The position numbers were made by a program, and so were the translations under genes. A model generated the notes under the pieces. It ran no database searches. It saw only the letters and a program-made list of their open reading frames with translations, and had not been told where the DNA came from. From SAR86 cluster bacterium SAR86A (GTDB taxonomy: Bacteria; Pseudomonadota; Gammaproteobacteria; Magnimaribacterales; D2472), in assembly GCA_000252525.1 (NCBI GenBank), contig JH611156.1, positions 433,503 to 497,502 on the forward strand: a DNA stretch of 64,000 bases, in the 5' to 3' direction. This document shows positions 8,338 through 18,002 of this stretch, piece by piece; the first letter of the stretch is position 1, and the number at the start of each line of letters is the position of its first letter.

Positions 8338-9354
8338 ATGAATTATATAAAGTATATTTTGATAATAACTTTTTCTACATCAGTTATATCTGGTGACTAT
8401 TCTGATCAAAGAGGAATGACTAAATTACTTGGTACTGAAACTACTTTAAGATGTGCTGAACAGATGATGCAACCTGGTGCAAAGACATATGAATTATCAT
8501 ATGAAAGGACAGGTACTATGCCAAAATCTCCTTTTGCTGGTGAATATCAACCAAAATTCTTACCTGAGCTTGGGTGGCCAGGTTCTGTTCATATTTATAC
8601 CATGGATGTTTTAAATGCTGATGTTAATGATGGTAATCAGGGTACTCAAATGGACGCTTTGGGACATTTCGGCTATGTTGATGAAGTATGGAATGGTGAG
8701 GGTGAATTAGACACATCTAAAATAAAATATTTTAATGAGCTAACAACTGATGAAGTAAAACCAACTCCTGAATCTCCACTTCAAAAACTTGGGATTGAGA
8801 CTGTTCCACCAATTGTTACCACTGCCGTTTTAATTGATGTCAGAAAACATATATTTAATGGTGTTGCTATGGACGCAGGACAATACGTGACTGTTGATCA
8901 TGTTAAAAAAACAATAGCAAAATCTTCATTAAAAGATAGAGGAATTCTTCCTGGTGACGTTGTTTTAATAAATACTGGGTGGAGTGATAATTATGCTGAC
9001 CCTGATGAAAAAGGGATTTATTATTCGATGGCTCCAGGGGTATCTTATAATCTTGTTAAATATTTATCCTCAAAGCAAATTGTTGGTATCGGTTTAGATA
9101 CTTGGGGAGTTGATACGTTTGCAGATCCTTCAATGTTGGGTGAGGAAGTTAATCAAAATCCAGAAGGTATTGCTAATCCTGCACATCATTATTTTTTAAC
9201 TCAATCTGGTATACATACATTGGAAAATTTTAAGTTAGATGAATTAGCTGCAAATGCAGTTGAATTATCTTGTGTAGTTATATTACCTTTAAAAACAAAA
9301 GGTAGCGCTGCATCACCTATAAGACCAATTGCAATTGGAAAATCAGTTTTATAA
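8338..9354 (+). CDS. cyclase-family (kynurenine-formamidase-like) protein with signal peptide
   Basis: NQGTQMDALGHF occupies the position of the family motif HxGTHxDxPxH. The N-terminus MNYIKYILIITFSTSVISG is signal-like. Confidence 0.6.
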   Translation: MNYIKYILIITFSTSVISGDYSDQRGMTKLLGTETTLRCAEQMMQPGAKTYELSYERTGTMPKSPFAGEYQPKFLPELGWPGSVHIYTMDVLNADVNDGNQGTQMDALGHFGYVDEVWNGEGELDTSKIKYFNELTTDEVKPTPESPLQKLGIETVPPIVTTAVLIDVRKHIFNGVAMDAGQYVTVDHVKKTIAKSSLKDRGILPGDVVLINTGWSDNYADPDEKGIYYSMAPGVSYNLVKYLSSKQIVGIGLDTWGVDTFADPSMLGEEVNQNPEGIANPAHHYFLTQSGIHTLENFKLDELAANAVELSCVVILPLKTKGSAASPIRPIAIGKSVL

Positions 9355-9356
9355 AA

Positions 9357-10085
9357 ATGACTGATGATGTATGGAGTGTTATAAAAGAAGAGGTAAGGTT
9401 AAGAATTCAAGCTGAACCTACCTTAGAACCATATTTAAACTTATTGGTTCTCTCACAAGACAGTCTTGTTAGTGCAATCGCATCGATAATATCATCAAAA
9501 CTTAATAGTGATGCTCTCTCATCTAAAGACATTAAAAATTTTATTTTAGATGTTTACAAAAACTGTGATGGTATAGCTGAATCATTAGAAGAGGATTTAA
9601 TCTTTTTTAAAGACAATGATCCTGCATGTAAATATTATTCAACACCCATTCTTTTTTATAAAGGTTTCCAAGGACTGGCTGCTTATAGAGCTGCAAATTG
9701 TTTATGGAAAAATGATAGACATACCATGTCATTATTTATACAAAACAGAGCCTCTGAAGTTTTTGGTGTAGATATTCATCCTGCTGCAGAGATTCTTGGA
9801 GGAGTTATGATTGACCATGCAACAGGTGTTGTAATTGGTGAAACCGCCAAAATAGATAAGAATGTATCTATATTTCAAGGAGTTACGTTAGGTGGAAAAG
9901 GCAATGAAAGGGGAGATAGACATCCCAAAATCCAATCTGGTGTATCAATTTATGCTTCAAGTACAGTTCTAGGTAATATTACTATTGGAAAAAATTCTAC
10001 AATTGCTGCAGGAAGTTTAGTTTTAAAAGATGTAGACCCAAATACTACAGTCGCTGGGATTCCTGCGAAAGTTTTATCAACTTAA
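9357..10085 (+). CDS. cysE: serine O-acetyltransferase
   Basis: SATase N-terminal helical domain (DPACKYYSTPILFYKGFQGLAAYR) plus hexapeptide repeats (IHPAAEILGGVMIDHATGVVIGETAKI). Confidence 0.9.
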   Translation: MTDDVWSVIKEEVRLRIQAEPTLEPYLNLLVLSQDSLVSAIASIISSKLNSDALSSKDIKNFILDVYKNCDGIAESLEEDLIFFKDNDPACKYYSTPILFYKGFQGLAAYRAANCLWKNDRHTMSLFIQNRASEVFGVDIHPAAEILGGVMIDHATGVVIGETAKIDKNVSIFQGVTLGGKGNERGDRHPKIQSGVSIYASSTVLGNITIGKNSTIAAGSLVLKDVDPNTTVAGIPAKVLST

Positions 10086-10089
10086 TTAT

Positions 10090-11115
10090 TTATTTGCATG
10101 AGTTAAAAATAGACAACTCATCATCATTCATTTCTGTATTAATTTCATCAAATAAGACACTAGACATATATCTTTCAGCAGTATCTGGCAACATGCATAA
10201 AATATTTGAATTTGGTGAAGCTTTTTTTGCAACAGCGACAGCAACTGCAAATGTTGATCCACCAGATACTCCAGTAATAATTCCTTCTTTTTTGGCTAGC
10301 TCATTAGCCCAAAATATTCCATCTTCACCAGATACAGGAATTAATTCATCAAAATAATTATTATCAATTGATTCTTGAAGTACTAATGGTATGAAATCAG
10401 TAGTCCAACCTTGAATAGGATGAGGATTCCATTCTGGATGTCCTTTTGATGCTGAGCCATCATCGTTTCGAGATTGTTTTGTATTACTTCCTACAAGTTG
10501 TGCAACATCAGGTTCAGTTAGTATGAGTTTTGTATTTGGCATTTTTTCTTTTAAATATCGAGAAACACCTGTAAAAGTTCCACCTGTTCCATAACCTGAC
10601 ACCCAATAATCCAAACCAATATCCTTAAAATCGTCATAAATTTCTCTTGCTGTTGTGCTTTCATGAATTGCAGGATTATCTTCAGTTTCAAATTGACGAG
10701 CAAAGAACCAATTGTTTTTTTCAACTAGATCTTTTGCTTTTTTATAAGCTCCTGTTCCTCCTTCAGCTGCAGGCGTTAATAATACTTTTGCTCCTAAAAA
10801 TCTCATTAATTTTCTTCTTTCAATCGATGCACTATCTGGCATCGTTACTACTAGTGGGTAATTTTTGGCTGCACAGACCATAGCAAGTCCAATTCCAGTA
10901 TTTCCGCTTGTGACTTCTACCACTGTGTTACCTGGCTCAAGTAATCCTTTATTTTCAGCATTCTCAATAATACTTACCGCTAATCTATCTTTAACTGAAC
11001 TTGCAGGATTGAAATATTCTGCCTTTACATAAAGATTTGTATTATTTATGGATATATTTTGGACCTTGAAAACTGGCGTATTACCAATTGTATCTAATAT
11101 GCTTTTATAGTTCAT
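10090..11115 (-). CDS. cysK: cysteine synthase family PLP enzyme (CysK-like, long form)
   Basis: PLP-Lys motif NPASSVKDRLA and SGNTGIGLA. An insertion of about 20 aa precedes HPIQGWTTDFIP. Confidence 0.8.
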   Translation of the reverse strand: MNYKSILDTIGNTPVFKVQNISINNTNLYVKAEYFNPASSVKDRLAVSIIENAENKGLLEPGNTVVEVTSGNTGIGLAMVCAAKNYPLVVTMPDSASIERRKLMRFLGAKVLLTPAAEGGTGAYKKAKDLVEKNNWFFARQFETEDNPAIHESTTAREIYDDFKDIGLDYWVSGYGTGGTFTGVSRYLKEKMPNTKLILTEPDVAQLVGSNTKQSRNDDGSASKGHPEWNPHPIQGWTTDFIPLVLQESIDNNYFDELIPVSGEDGIFWANELAKKEGIITGVSGGSTFAVAVAVAKKASPNSNILCMLPDTAERYMSSVLFDEINTEMNDDELSIFNSCK

Positions 11116-12612
11116 TTATGCAAATACCTTCTGTGATAGATTCTTTAATTCATTACTTATAAATTTATTATTTAGATGAAATAGTGATATTTCTTTTTCT
11201 TTATCTAGATTATTAAATCTTTCAATACCACTAACAAACCAATTATCTTGAGCATAATCTTTATTTTGTTTGATCTTTATATCAATATTTATAAGCCATT
11301 CTCTGAATGTACATTCATTAATTTTGTTGAATGTCTCTTCACATTTTTTATAATCTTTATCTAAATAGTAAGCTAAAAACAATTCTCTATTCATTCTATC
11401 GGTATTAATATCGCTCATTGGTATGGGTTCTCTTTCATATAATTGTTCTAGAATCTTAATCCCACTTTCTAAATTTCCATATCTAAGAAGAATTCTTCCA
11501 TAGATCCATAAAACGAATGGATGATTAGGATTTGAGTTATATGCTTTATTTGCATAAACCATTGCACCTTCAAAGTCCTGCAAGGTTAAGTGCGCTTCAG
11601 CAATTATTCTTAAAGCATTCCAATCATTATCATTCAATTCATTTGCCTTACTTAGTGAAGCCATAAGATCTGACCTTGCTTCTTCATTGTCTTCTCTGAA
11701 ACCTAACGCAAGAGATTGACCAATAGTACATGCCTTCCATGAATGGGGTAGAGGGTTAGTTTTATCTGCTGCTATTGCTGCATCAAGCATTTTTATAGCT
11801 TCAGCATTAGCGTTTTTTTCATATTGTTGATTTAGAGCCCTGCCTTTAAGAGTATATTCATAAGATGTCATATTATCAGTTGGTTTTCTATTAGCTCTTT
11901 TAAGACTTGAAATCTCAATTTCTCCAACTATGCAAGTTACTATTTTTGTTACGATCTCATCTTGAATATCAAATATATCTTTATTCTCAGAATCAAATCT
12001 GTTACTCCAAATAACTTTATCATCTTTCATATCACTTAATTCTATGGATATTCTAATTCTATTTTCAGATGCTCTAATACTTCCAGTAACTACATAATCA
12101 AATCCATATTCGTCTTTAAAGTTTTGACTTGTAATATCTTTATCTCTAAGACTAAAACATGTCTTTCTAGTAGCAACAGAAATTTCTTTAACCATTGAGA
12201 GCTCAGTAAGAAGATCTTCAGCAATTCCATCAACAAGAAACTGACCATCACTATCTTTATTAAGATTTTCAAACGGAATTACAGCTATTTTTGGTCGATA
12301 ATCGTCTATTTGACTTAGATTGTTATCTAGACTGGATAAAATTTCATTTTTAATTGAATTATTTTTAATAATGAATGTAACAATTAAGAAAACAGGGAAT
12401 AAAAAAATTACTCCTAAAAATAAATATTGCATAAATATTTCTTTCGTAACCCCTAAGCTTTCTGCAATATTTATGTTATCAGCAACGATGCTTGCTACTT
12501 GAATAAGACCAAATGCACCAATCATATAAGCTGTTGATCCTTTTAAAAGTACACTGCCTATATTCTTTAATTTAATTTTTAAGAAATTAAAAACTATCTT
12601 TAGCTTATTCAT
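11116..12612 (-). CDS. membrane-anchored TPR-repeat protein with TolB-N-like module
   Basis: N-terminal TM segments, PKIAVIPFENLNKDSDGQFLVDGIAEDLLTELS (TolB-N-like), C-terminal TPR-like helices. The stop abuts the cysK start with a 0-nt gap. Confidence 0.5.
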   Translation of the reverse strand: MNKLKIVFNFLKIKLKNIGSVLLKGSTAYMIGAFGLIQVASIVADNINIAESLGVTKEIFMQYLFLGVIFLFPVFLIVTFIIKNNSIKNEILSSLDNNLSQIDDYRPKIAVIPFENLNKDSDGQFLVDGIAEDLLTELSMVKEISVATRKTCFSLRDKDITSQNFKDEYGFDYVVTGSIRASENRIRISIELSDMKDDKVIWSNRFDSENKDIFDIQDEIVTKIVTCIVGEIEISSLKRANRKPTDNMTSYEYTLKGRALNQQYEKNANAEAIKMLDAAIAADKTNPLPHSWKACTIGQSLALGFREDNEEARSDLMASLSKANELNDNDWNALRIIAEAHLTLQDFEGAMVYANKAYNSNPNHPFVLWIYGRILLRYGNLESGIKILEQLYEREPIPMSDINTDRMNRELFLAYYLDKDYKKCEETFNKINECTFREWLINIDIKIKQNKDYAQDNWFVSGIERFNNLDKEKEISLFHLNNKFISNELKNLSQKVFA

Positions 12613-12724
12613 AGGATAATAATAAGATAAATTATTTTAATTGTGTAACACATTACTTATTATTTTTTTGATATATTTGGTAATAATATAATTAATTAAA
12701 AATGATTTAAGGGAGATTATTTAT

Positions 12725-14233
12725 ATGAGGTATTTATATATTTTATTATTTTCTATCGCATTAGCAGCTGATGATCATAGTTCTGAAGGTAAGATAGATG
12801 AAAACTGTAAAGATATTACTAAGGATAATATTTCAGAAAGATCATTTACAAATGAATATGTTGGAACCTTTAATGGAAAGCGAATTGAATATACAGCTGG
12901 TTTAAAAGAAAAAGTTTTATACGAAAAGGATAACCCGGATGCACCTCAAGCATCATTTTTCTACACTGAATACATTGCTAAAAATGGTAATCAGAGACCA
13001 GTAATTTTTAGTTTCAATGGCGGTCCAGGATCAGCGTCCCTGTGGTTACATATGGGTGTACTTGGTCCAAAAGTCATTAAAGTACCAAGCAATGCATCTG
13101 ATGACGGTTCGCCACCCTATAAAATAGTTGATAATAAACTATCTCCACTTAGCGAGGCTGACTTAGTATTTATTGATCCAATAGGAACTGGATACAGCAG
13201 GGCAATTGGTTGTCATACTGGTGAAGAATTTTGGGGTGTTAATGAAGATCCAAAAATAATTGCTGAGTTTATAAGAAGATGGATAACTGACAATAAGCGA
13301 TGGAATTCTCCAAGATATATATTAGGTGAAAGTTATGGAGGTATAAGAGGTCCTTTATTAGTATCTGAATTAAGATCTGGAAGTATTACTCCAATTGAAG
13401 TGAATGGGTTGTTAATGGTTGCTCCAGCTTCAGACTATCAATATTTAGTATTTCATCCAGGTAATAACAGTCCACATTATGGCTTTTTACCATCATATGC
13501 AGCTACGGCTTATTATCACGATAAAGTTGATACAGATAAATCTCTTGCAGATTTTTATATAGATTCTAAGAATTTTTCATTGAATGAATATGGACCAGCT
13601 CTACTTAAAGGTACAAGGATATCTTCGGAAGAAAAAAATGACATTATGAAGAAATATTCATACTTTACTGGATTAAGTATGCGTTTTGTTGAAGATTTTG
13701 ATATGCGAGTTGATGCATCAAGTTTTCGAAAGGAATTACTCAGAGATGAGGGATATTCTGTTGGAAGATTAGATTCGAGATATAAAAATACTGATTATAT
13801 GGCTGGTGGTCAATATTCAGATACTGATGTTTCGAGTGAAGGTTTTATGTCTGCCTATGTAACTGCAATACATACTTGGTTTGCAGACATAGGTGTTGAA
13901 ATGGATATGCTATATCAAAGTGGTGACTCAGATGTATATTTTAGTTGGAAACATCCAACACAATGGAAAGGAAATGACTTTGGATATGTTAATACTGTTC
14001 CTCACATAGCAAGGGCTCAAAGATATAACAAGGATTTTAAGGTGTATGTCTCATGTGGACTTTATGACTTAGCAACTCCATGCTTTACAGCAGAAAACTT
14101 TATGTATGACAACTCTGTTGATATGGATAGAGTTGTATTTTCTGAGTTTGAAGCAGGTCACATGATGTACAACCACCAACCATCATTTGATAGATTTCTA
14201 AAAGAGGTAAGAGAATTTATTCTTAACGACTAA
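12725..14233 (+). CDS. secreted serine carboxypeptidase, peptidase family S10
   Basis: Signal peptide, GGPGSASLW and GESYGG (catalytic Ser) motifs, C-terminal His in EAGHMMY. Confidence 0.85.
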   Translation: MRYLYILLFSIALAADDHSSEGKIDENCKDITKDNISERSFTNEYVGTFNGKRIEYTAGLKEKVLYEKDNPDAPQASFFYTEYIAKNGNQRPVIFSFNGGPGSASLWLHMGVLGPKVIKVPSNASDDGSPPYKIVDNKLSPLSEADLVFIDPIGTGYSRAIGCHTGEEFWGVNEDPKIIAEFIRRWITDNKRWNSPRYILGESYGGIRGPLLVSELRSGSITPIEVNGLLMVAPASDYQYLVFHPGNNSPHYGFLPSYAATAYYHDKVDTDKSLADFYIDSKNFSLNEYGPALLKGTRISSEEKNDIMKKYSYFTGLSMRFVEDFDMRVDASSFRKELLRDEGYSVGRLDSRYKNTDYMAGGQYSDTDVSSEGFMSAYVTAIHTWFADIGVEMDMLYQSGDSDVYFSWKHPTQWKGNDFGYVNTVPHIARAQRYNKDFKVYVSCGLYDLATPCFTAENFMYDNSVDMDRVVFSEFEAGHMMYNHQPSFDRFLKEVREFILND

Positions 14234-17085
14234 AGATCAATTTTTGATCTAGTACCAAGACCTGGTCCATATACAATAGCATTAAGCCAGAGTCGGTTTG
14301 TTCCAAGGGTCGCACCTCTAAAGTTTGGTTCTCCAGAAAATAATATAACTTGGCCATTACCAACCCTTTCTCTTGTTAAGTATGCAGAGTTAGCAATTCT
14401 TTGTGAGGCTTCAGGCCAAACTAAACCACTCATTCTTACATTAAGATCAAATCCAGCAGGAATACTTGACCAATTTACGACTCTTGGGACATCAATTTCG
14501 TTATTGGGTATCATATTTCCGATCCTAACTGGTGCATCTGAATTACTTCTTGTCATAAGAATAGGGTAGTTACTATATAAAACAGGAATAGTTTCAGTCG
14601 TTCCAAATGTTAACCAATGTTCATTATCAATTCTTCCGGCAACAAAAGATCCAGATGGCATAAATATAGATTGCCATTTATCTCTATCCTTAAGTTCATT
14701 TTCTGAAAGGAATTCCTCTATTTCTTCCCATGGATAACTGAGTTCAAAATTAACATTGTTTTCATTTGTCATGTCTTTGTTAATATCATTATCAAGAGCA
14801 TATATTTCTCTCATTAAATCGAAATTATATTCTTTGCTATTTTCAAAAGTATTTTGTAATTGTTTTACACTACCTATACCTTTATCAGATGCAAGAGATC
14901 TTGTACTTGAATTATGTGCAATCAGTGTGCCGCCTTGGGATACCCAATCTTTTAGAATTTTTAAAGTGTACTCATTTAGAGACCTGCCACTAGGAACTAT
15001 TATAGTATTGTATCTCCTGAGATCACCGTAACTTGCTAATGACGCATTAAGTTGGCTATGTCTTATACCTAGATGATGATCAATTGACCATAAGCTCACT
15101 CCAACATCATAAGAATTGAATCCTTCGTGACTTAGCATAGCGATTTGTGGCTTTTCTAATAATCTAAAGTGTCTTCCACCCCAATCAGGTAATTCCTCAG
15201 GACCAAATCCTGATTCAAGTGACATAATTGCAATATTTAGCTCTTCTGAAACTACTTTTATCATATCCGGCAGATTATTTATCTCAGGATTATCCATTGC
15301 AATTACTACAACGCTACCTCTAGATAATTTATGACCAGATAAAACAGCATCTTTATCAACAATTCTCACTTCAACATCTTGTTCCATCATGCGAGCAGCA
15401 AAAGCAACTGATCTGTCATCTATCCCATCAGTTGCCCACATTACTGCATCTTCAGTAATTTCACTTATGATTTGATTTGGCTCCCACCTAACAAGATTAG
15501 ATTCGATATTTTCGCCTACTGTTAAGGCATCAAGTCCGTACATCATAGTAAAATTAAAAGCTGTTGTGTCATACATTATTGATGAACCGTTTTTTAATCT
15601 TTTCTGTCTTTCCTCTAATAGGACAGCTTCATCAATGTCTGCATCAAATTCTAATATTGCTGCAATAAGAGGGGCTTCTGGTTGAAGGTTAGGAATAACC
15701 ATGCTTCCAGAAGGAATAGTATATGAATCATAAAATTCACCTGACTGTAAAGTTACATTATCAACATTGATATCCTTGGTATTACGATAGAGTTCTATGT
15801 CCTGAGCTAATAGTTTTTCTGCAAGAGTGTTAACTCTTGTATTGTTTGCAGTGGGAAGAACAACAAAAGACTGATTTGCATATTCACTGTTCTTTGAAAC
15901 ATTATATTTTCTTCCATCCCAATAATCTTTATACATAGCTTTTGAATTAACCATTAATGACTTAAGGTTTGTCATAGTGCTAACGTATTGATGATGAACA
16001 GATTCTTTATATGATTGAATTGTTCCTTCAGGTCTTCTTACACCATCCTCAGCCATTCTAGATTGCTCATATAAGATACCTAACGTTCCTCTAAATTGAA
16101 CATAAAAAGAGTAGCCTGGATATAAGTCCTCATGCCATTCTCCAGTATAAAAACGCCAATCTCTTTCATCAAAAGCACTGCCTTGATCTTGTGCAAAAAC
16201 ATTTCCCCACTTAATAAGATCTTTATCGATATTTTTGTTTATTGGTTCTCTTGGTGGGCCTGTCATAAACGTATCTTGAGCACCCATTTCGTGACCATCA
16301 ACAAGAATTTGTGGCCTCCATTCATTAATAAGTTTTACTCGTCCCTTTGTTTCCGGCTGAGTAAGGTAAAACCAATCTCTATTTAAATCAAAATAATAAT
16401 GATTAGTTCTTCCATATGGCCAATCACCAGTATGAAGCAATGATTGATCATCATAGTTTGGTGATGTCCCTCTATATTGTTCAAGTGATTTTGCAAATCT
16501 AGCTCGACCATCTGGATTCATTAATGGATCGATAATAATTATCATGTTATCTAACATGTTCAAAACTTCGTCATCATTACTGGCAATTAAGTGATAAATA
16601 GCAGCAAAAGCAGCATCAGCACCAGATGTTTCGTTTCCATGAATTGAGTATGCCATCCAGGCAATTGCTGGTAGTTCCTCAATAATAGATCTAGCTTCTC
16701 TATCTGAAGTTTCCCTTGCATCAGATAATTGATTTATAGAATTCTTTATATTATCAAGATTGTTAATATTGTTAGGTGAAGAAATAAATACAGCATGAAG
16801 AGGGCGTCCTTCATGAGATTTAGCATACTCAACAACTTTAATTCTATCTGATTGCGTTTTCCATGTATTAATTGCAATAGATATTTCACTTGGTTTTGCA
16901 ACCCTTTCACCAATACTAAATTCTAAAAATTCATCTGGATGAGAAATATCATTACTATAATTTCCATCCAATATCACCTCTGTATATAAATCTTTGGAAT
17001 ATGTTGTTGGATTCATCAAATCATCAGAGTGAATTGATGTAGCAATCAATGTTAGTAAAAGTTTTGTTTTGAAATTATTAATCAT
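14230..17085 (-). CDS. secreted zinc carboxypeptidase, peptidase family M14, with long C-terminal extension
   Basis: Signal-like N-terminus. Zn motif SIHGNETSG (HxxE) and a later VDGHEMG. About 570 aa beyond the M14 domain are unassigned. Confidence 0.8.
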   Translation of the reverse strand: MINNFKTKLLLTLIATSIHSDDLMNPTTYSKDLYTEVILDGNYSNDISHPDEFLEFSIGERVAKPSEISIAINTWKTQSDRIKVVEYAKSHEGRPLHAVFISSPNNINNLDNIKNSINQLSDARETSDREARSIIEELPAIAWMAYSIHGNETSGADAAFAAIYHLIASNDDEVLNMLDNMIIIIDPLMNPDGRARFAKSLEQYRGTSPNYDDQSLLHTGDWPYGRTNHYYFDLNRDWFYLTQPETKGRVKLINEWRPQILVDGHEMGAQDTFMTGPPREPINKNIDKDLIKWGNVFAQDQGSAFDERDWRFYTGEWHEDLYPGYSFYVQFRGTLGILYEQSRMAEDGVRRPEGTIQSYKESVHHQYVSTMTNLKSLMVNSKAMYKDYWDGRKYNVSKNSEYANQSFVVLPTANNTRVNTLAEKLLAQDIELYRNTKDINVDNVTLQSGEFYDSYTIPSGSMVIPNLQPEAPLIAAILEFDADIDEAVLLEERQKRLKNGSSIMYDTTAFNFTMMYGLDALTVGENIESNLVRWEPNQIISEITEDAVMWATDGIDDRSVAFAARMMEQDVEVRIVDKDAVLSGHKLSRGSVVVIAMDNPEINNLPDMIKVVSEELNIAIMSLESGFGPEELPDWGGRHFRLLEKPQIAMLSHEGFNSYDVGVSLWSIDHHLGIRHSQLNASLASYGDLRRYNTIIVPSGRSLNEYTLKILKDWVSQGGTLIAHNSSTRSLASDKGIGSVKQLQNTFENSKEYNFDLMREIYALDNDINKDMTNENNVNFELSYPWEEIEEFLSENELKDRDKWQSIFMPSGSFVAGRIDNEHWLTFGTTETIPVLYSNYPILMTRSNSDAPVRIGNMIPNNEIDVPRVVNWSSIPAGFDLNVRMSGLVWPEASQRIANSAYLTRERVGNGQVILFSGEPNFRGATLGTNRLWLNAIVYGPGLGTRSKIDL

Positions 17086-17121
17086 AGTTAATTCTTGTTT
17101 ATTAGATTTAATTGTAGTGAA

Positions 17122-17388
17122 TTAGTTTGGTTTTCGATACCAAATCATAGCAGATTGAAAAATCATTATTAAGACGTGTAAATATATAATTAGGGATGAA
17201 TAGGGTGATTTAAGATTTATGATTATTGCAATTACAGATACAGATATACAAAAAACAAAACATAATATCTTTGGAGTAATTCTTACAGTGTCACCTCTAT
17301 TTATAGCAGCTCTTAATCCCTGTGCTAAATTAAAACCATAACATGTAAACGCAACCATGCATAAATATAGTAATTCGTTATTCTCCAT
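17122..17388 (-). CDS. three-TM PQ-loop / SemiSWEET-like small membrane protein
   Basis: 88 aa, three helices. FNLAQGLRAAINRGDTVRIT parallels SemiSWEET FLPQVLRVVMTKQTRDIS, with Ala in place of the motif Pro. Assignment is from memory of one reference sequence. Confidence 0.4.
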   Translation of the reverse strand: MENNELLYLCMVAFTCYGFNLAQGLRAAINRGDTVRITPKILCFVFCISVSVIAIIINLKSPYSSLIIYLHVLIMIFQSAMIWYRKPN

Positions 17389-17490
17389 ACTTATAAACTC
17401 CTTAATACAGCTAAATTTAAGTATAAATTATAGAATAGGGATAGATGACAAACAAATATATAGTTTCGCATAATATATATTATGTTAAAT

Positions 17491-17976
17491 CTAGTATGTT
17501 GAATACCACATATGTTTACCAAATTGATCTTCTTTAATTATATTATTAGTTTCAATGTAATATTTAAGTCCCTTAACTACTGAATTAAGGTAGTTTTTTA
17601 ACATAGGCTTTACATATAATTTAAATATTAGTTGGTTAATAATTTTATATTTGAATGGTAAATATGGGACTGCAGTAATTATTAATGATGATTTATTATT
17701 TGAAATTTTAACAACATTCCATGATATGTTCGCAAGTTTTCTTTTTTCATAGATATCCAAGTTATAACCATTATCACTCCAATCTATAAACTTACGTTTG
17801 TATATTTTATTGTTATGATATTCAACGAAATCAATTGATTTTTCTTTGTTCCAAACCTCAACCTTATTCTTTTTACAAAAAGGATGAAATTTTTCTAAAT
17901 TATTAGGACTTTTTATTAATTTAATGATTTCTGTTTCATCACAATTAATTATAATTTTTGAATTTGATACTTTCAT
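17491..17976 (-). CDS. SRPBCC-like (START/polyketide-cyclase fold) protein, uncharacterised
   Basis: 161 aa. The N-terminal pattern SKIIINCDETEIIKLIKSPNNLEKFHPFC is typical of SRPBCC ligand-binding proteins. Confidence 0.4.
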   Translation of the reverse strand: MKVSNSKIIINCDETEIIKLIKSPNNLEKFHPFCKKNKVEVWNKEKSIDFVEYHNNKIYKRKFIDWSDNGYNLDIYEKRKLANISWNVVKISNNKSSLIITAVPYLPFKYKIINQLIFKLYVKPMLKNYLNSVVKGLKYYIETNNIIKEDQFGKHMWYSTY

Positions 17977-18002
17977 TTCTTTATAAATAATATAATTAAT
18001 TA

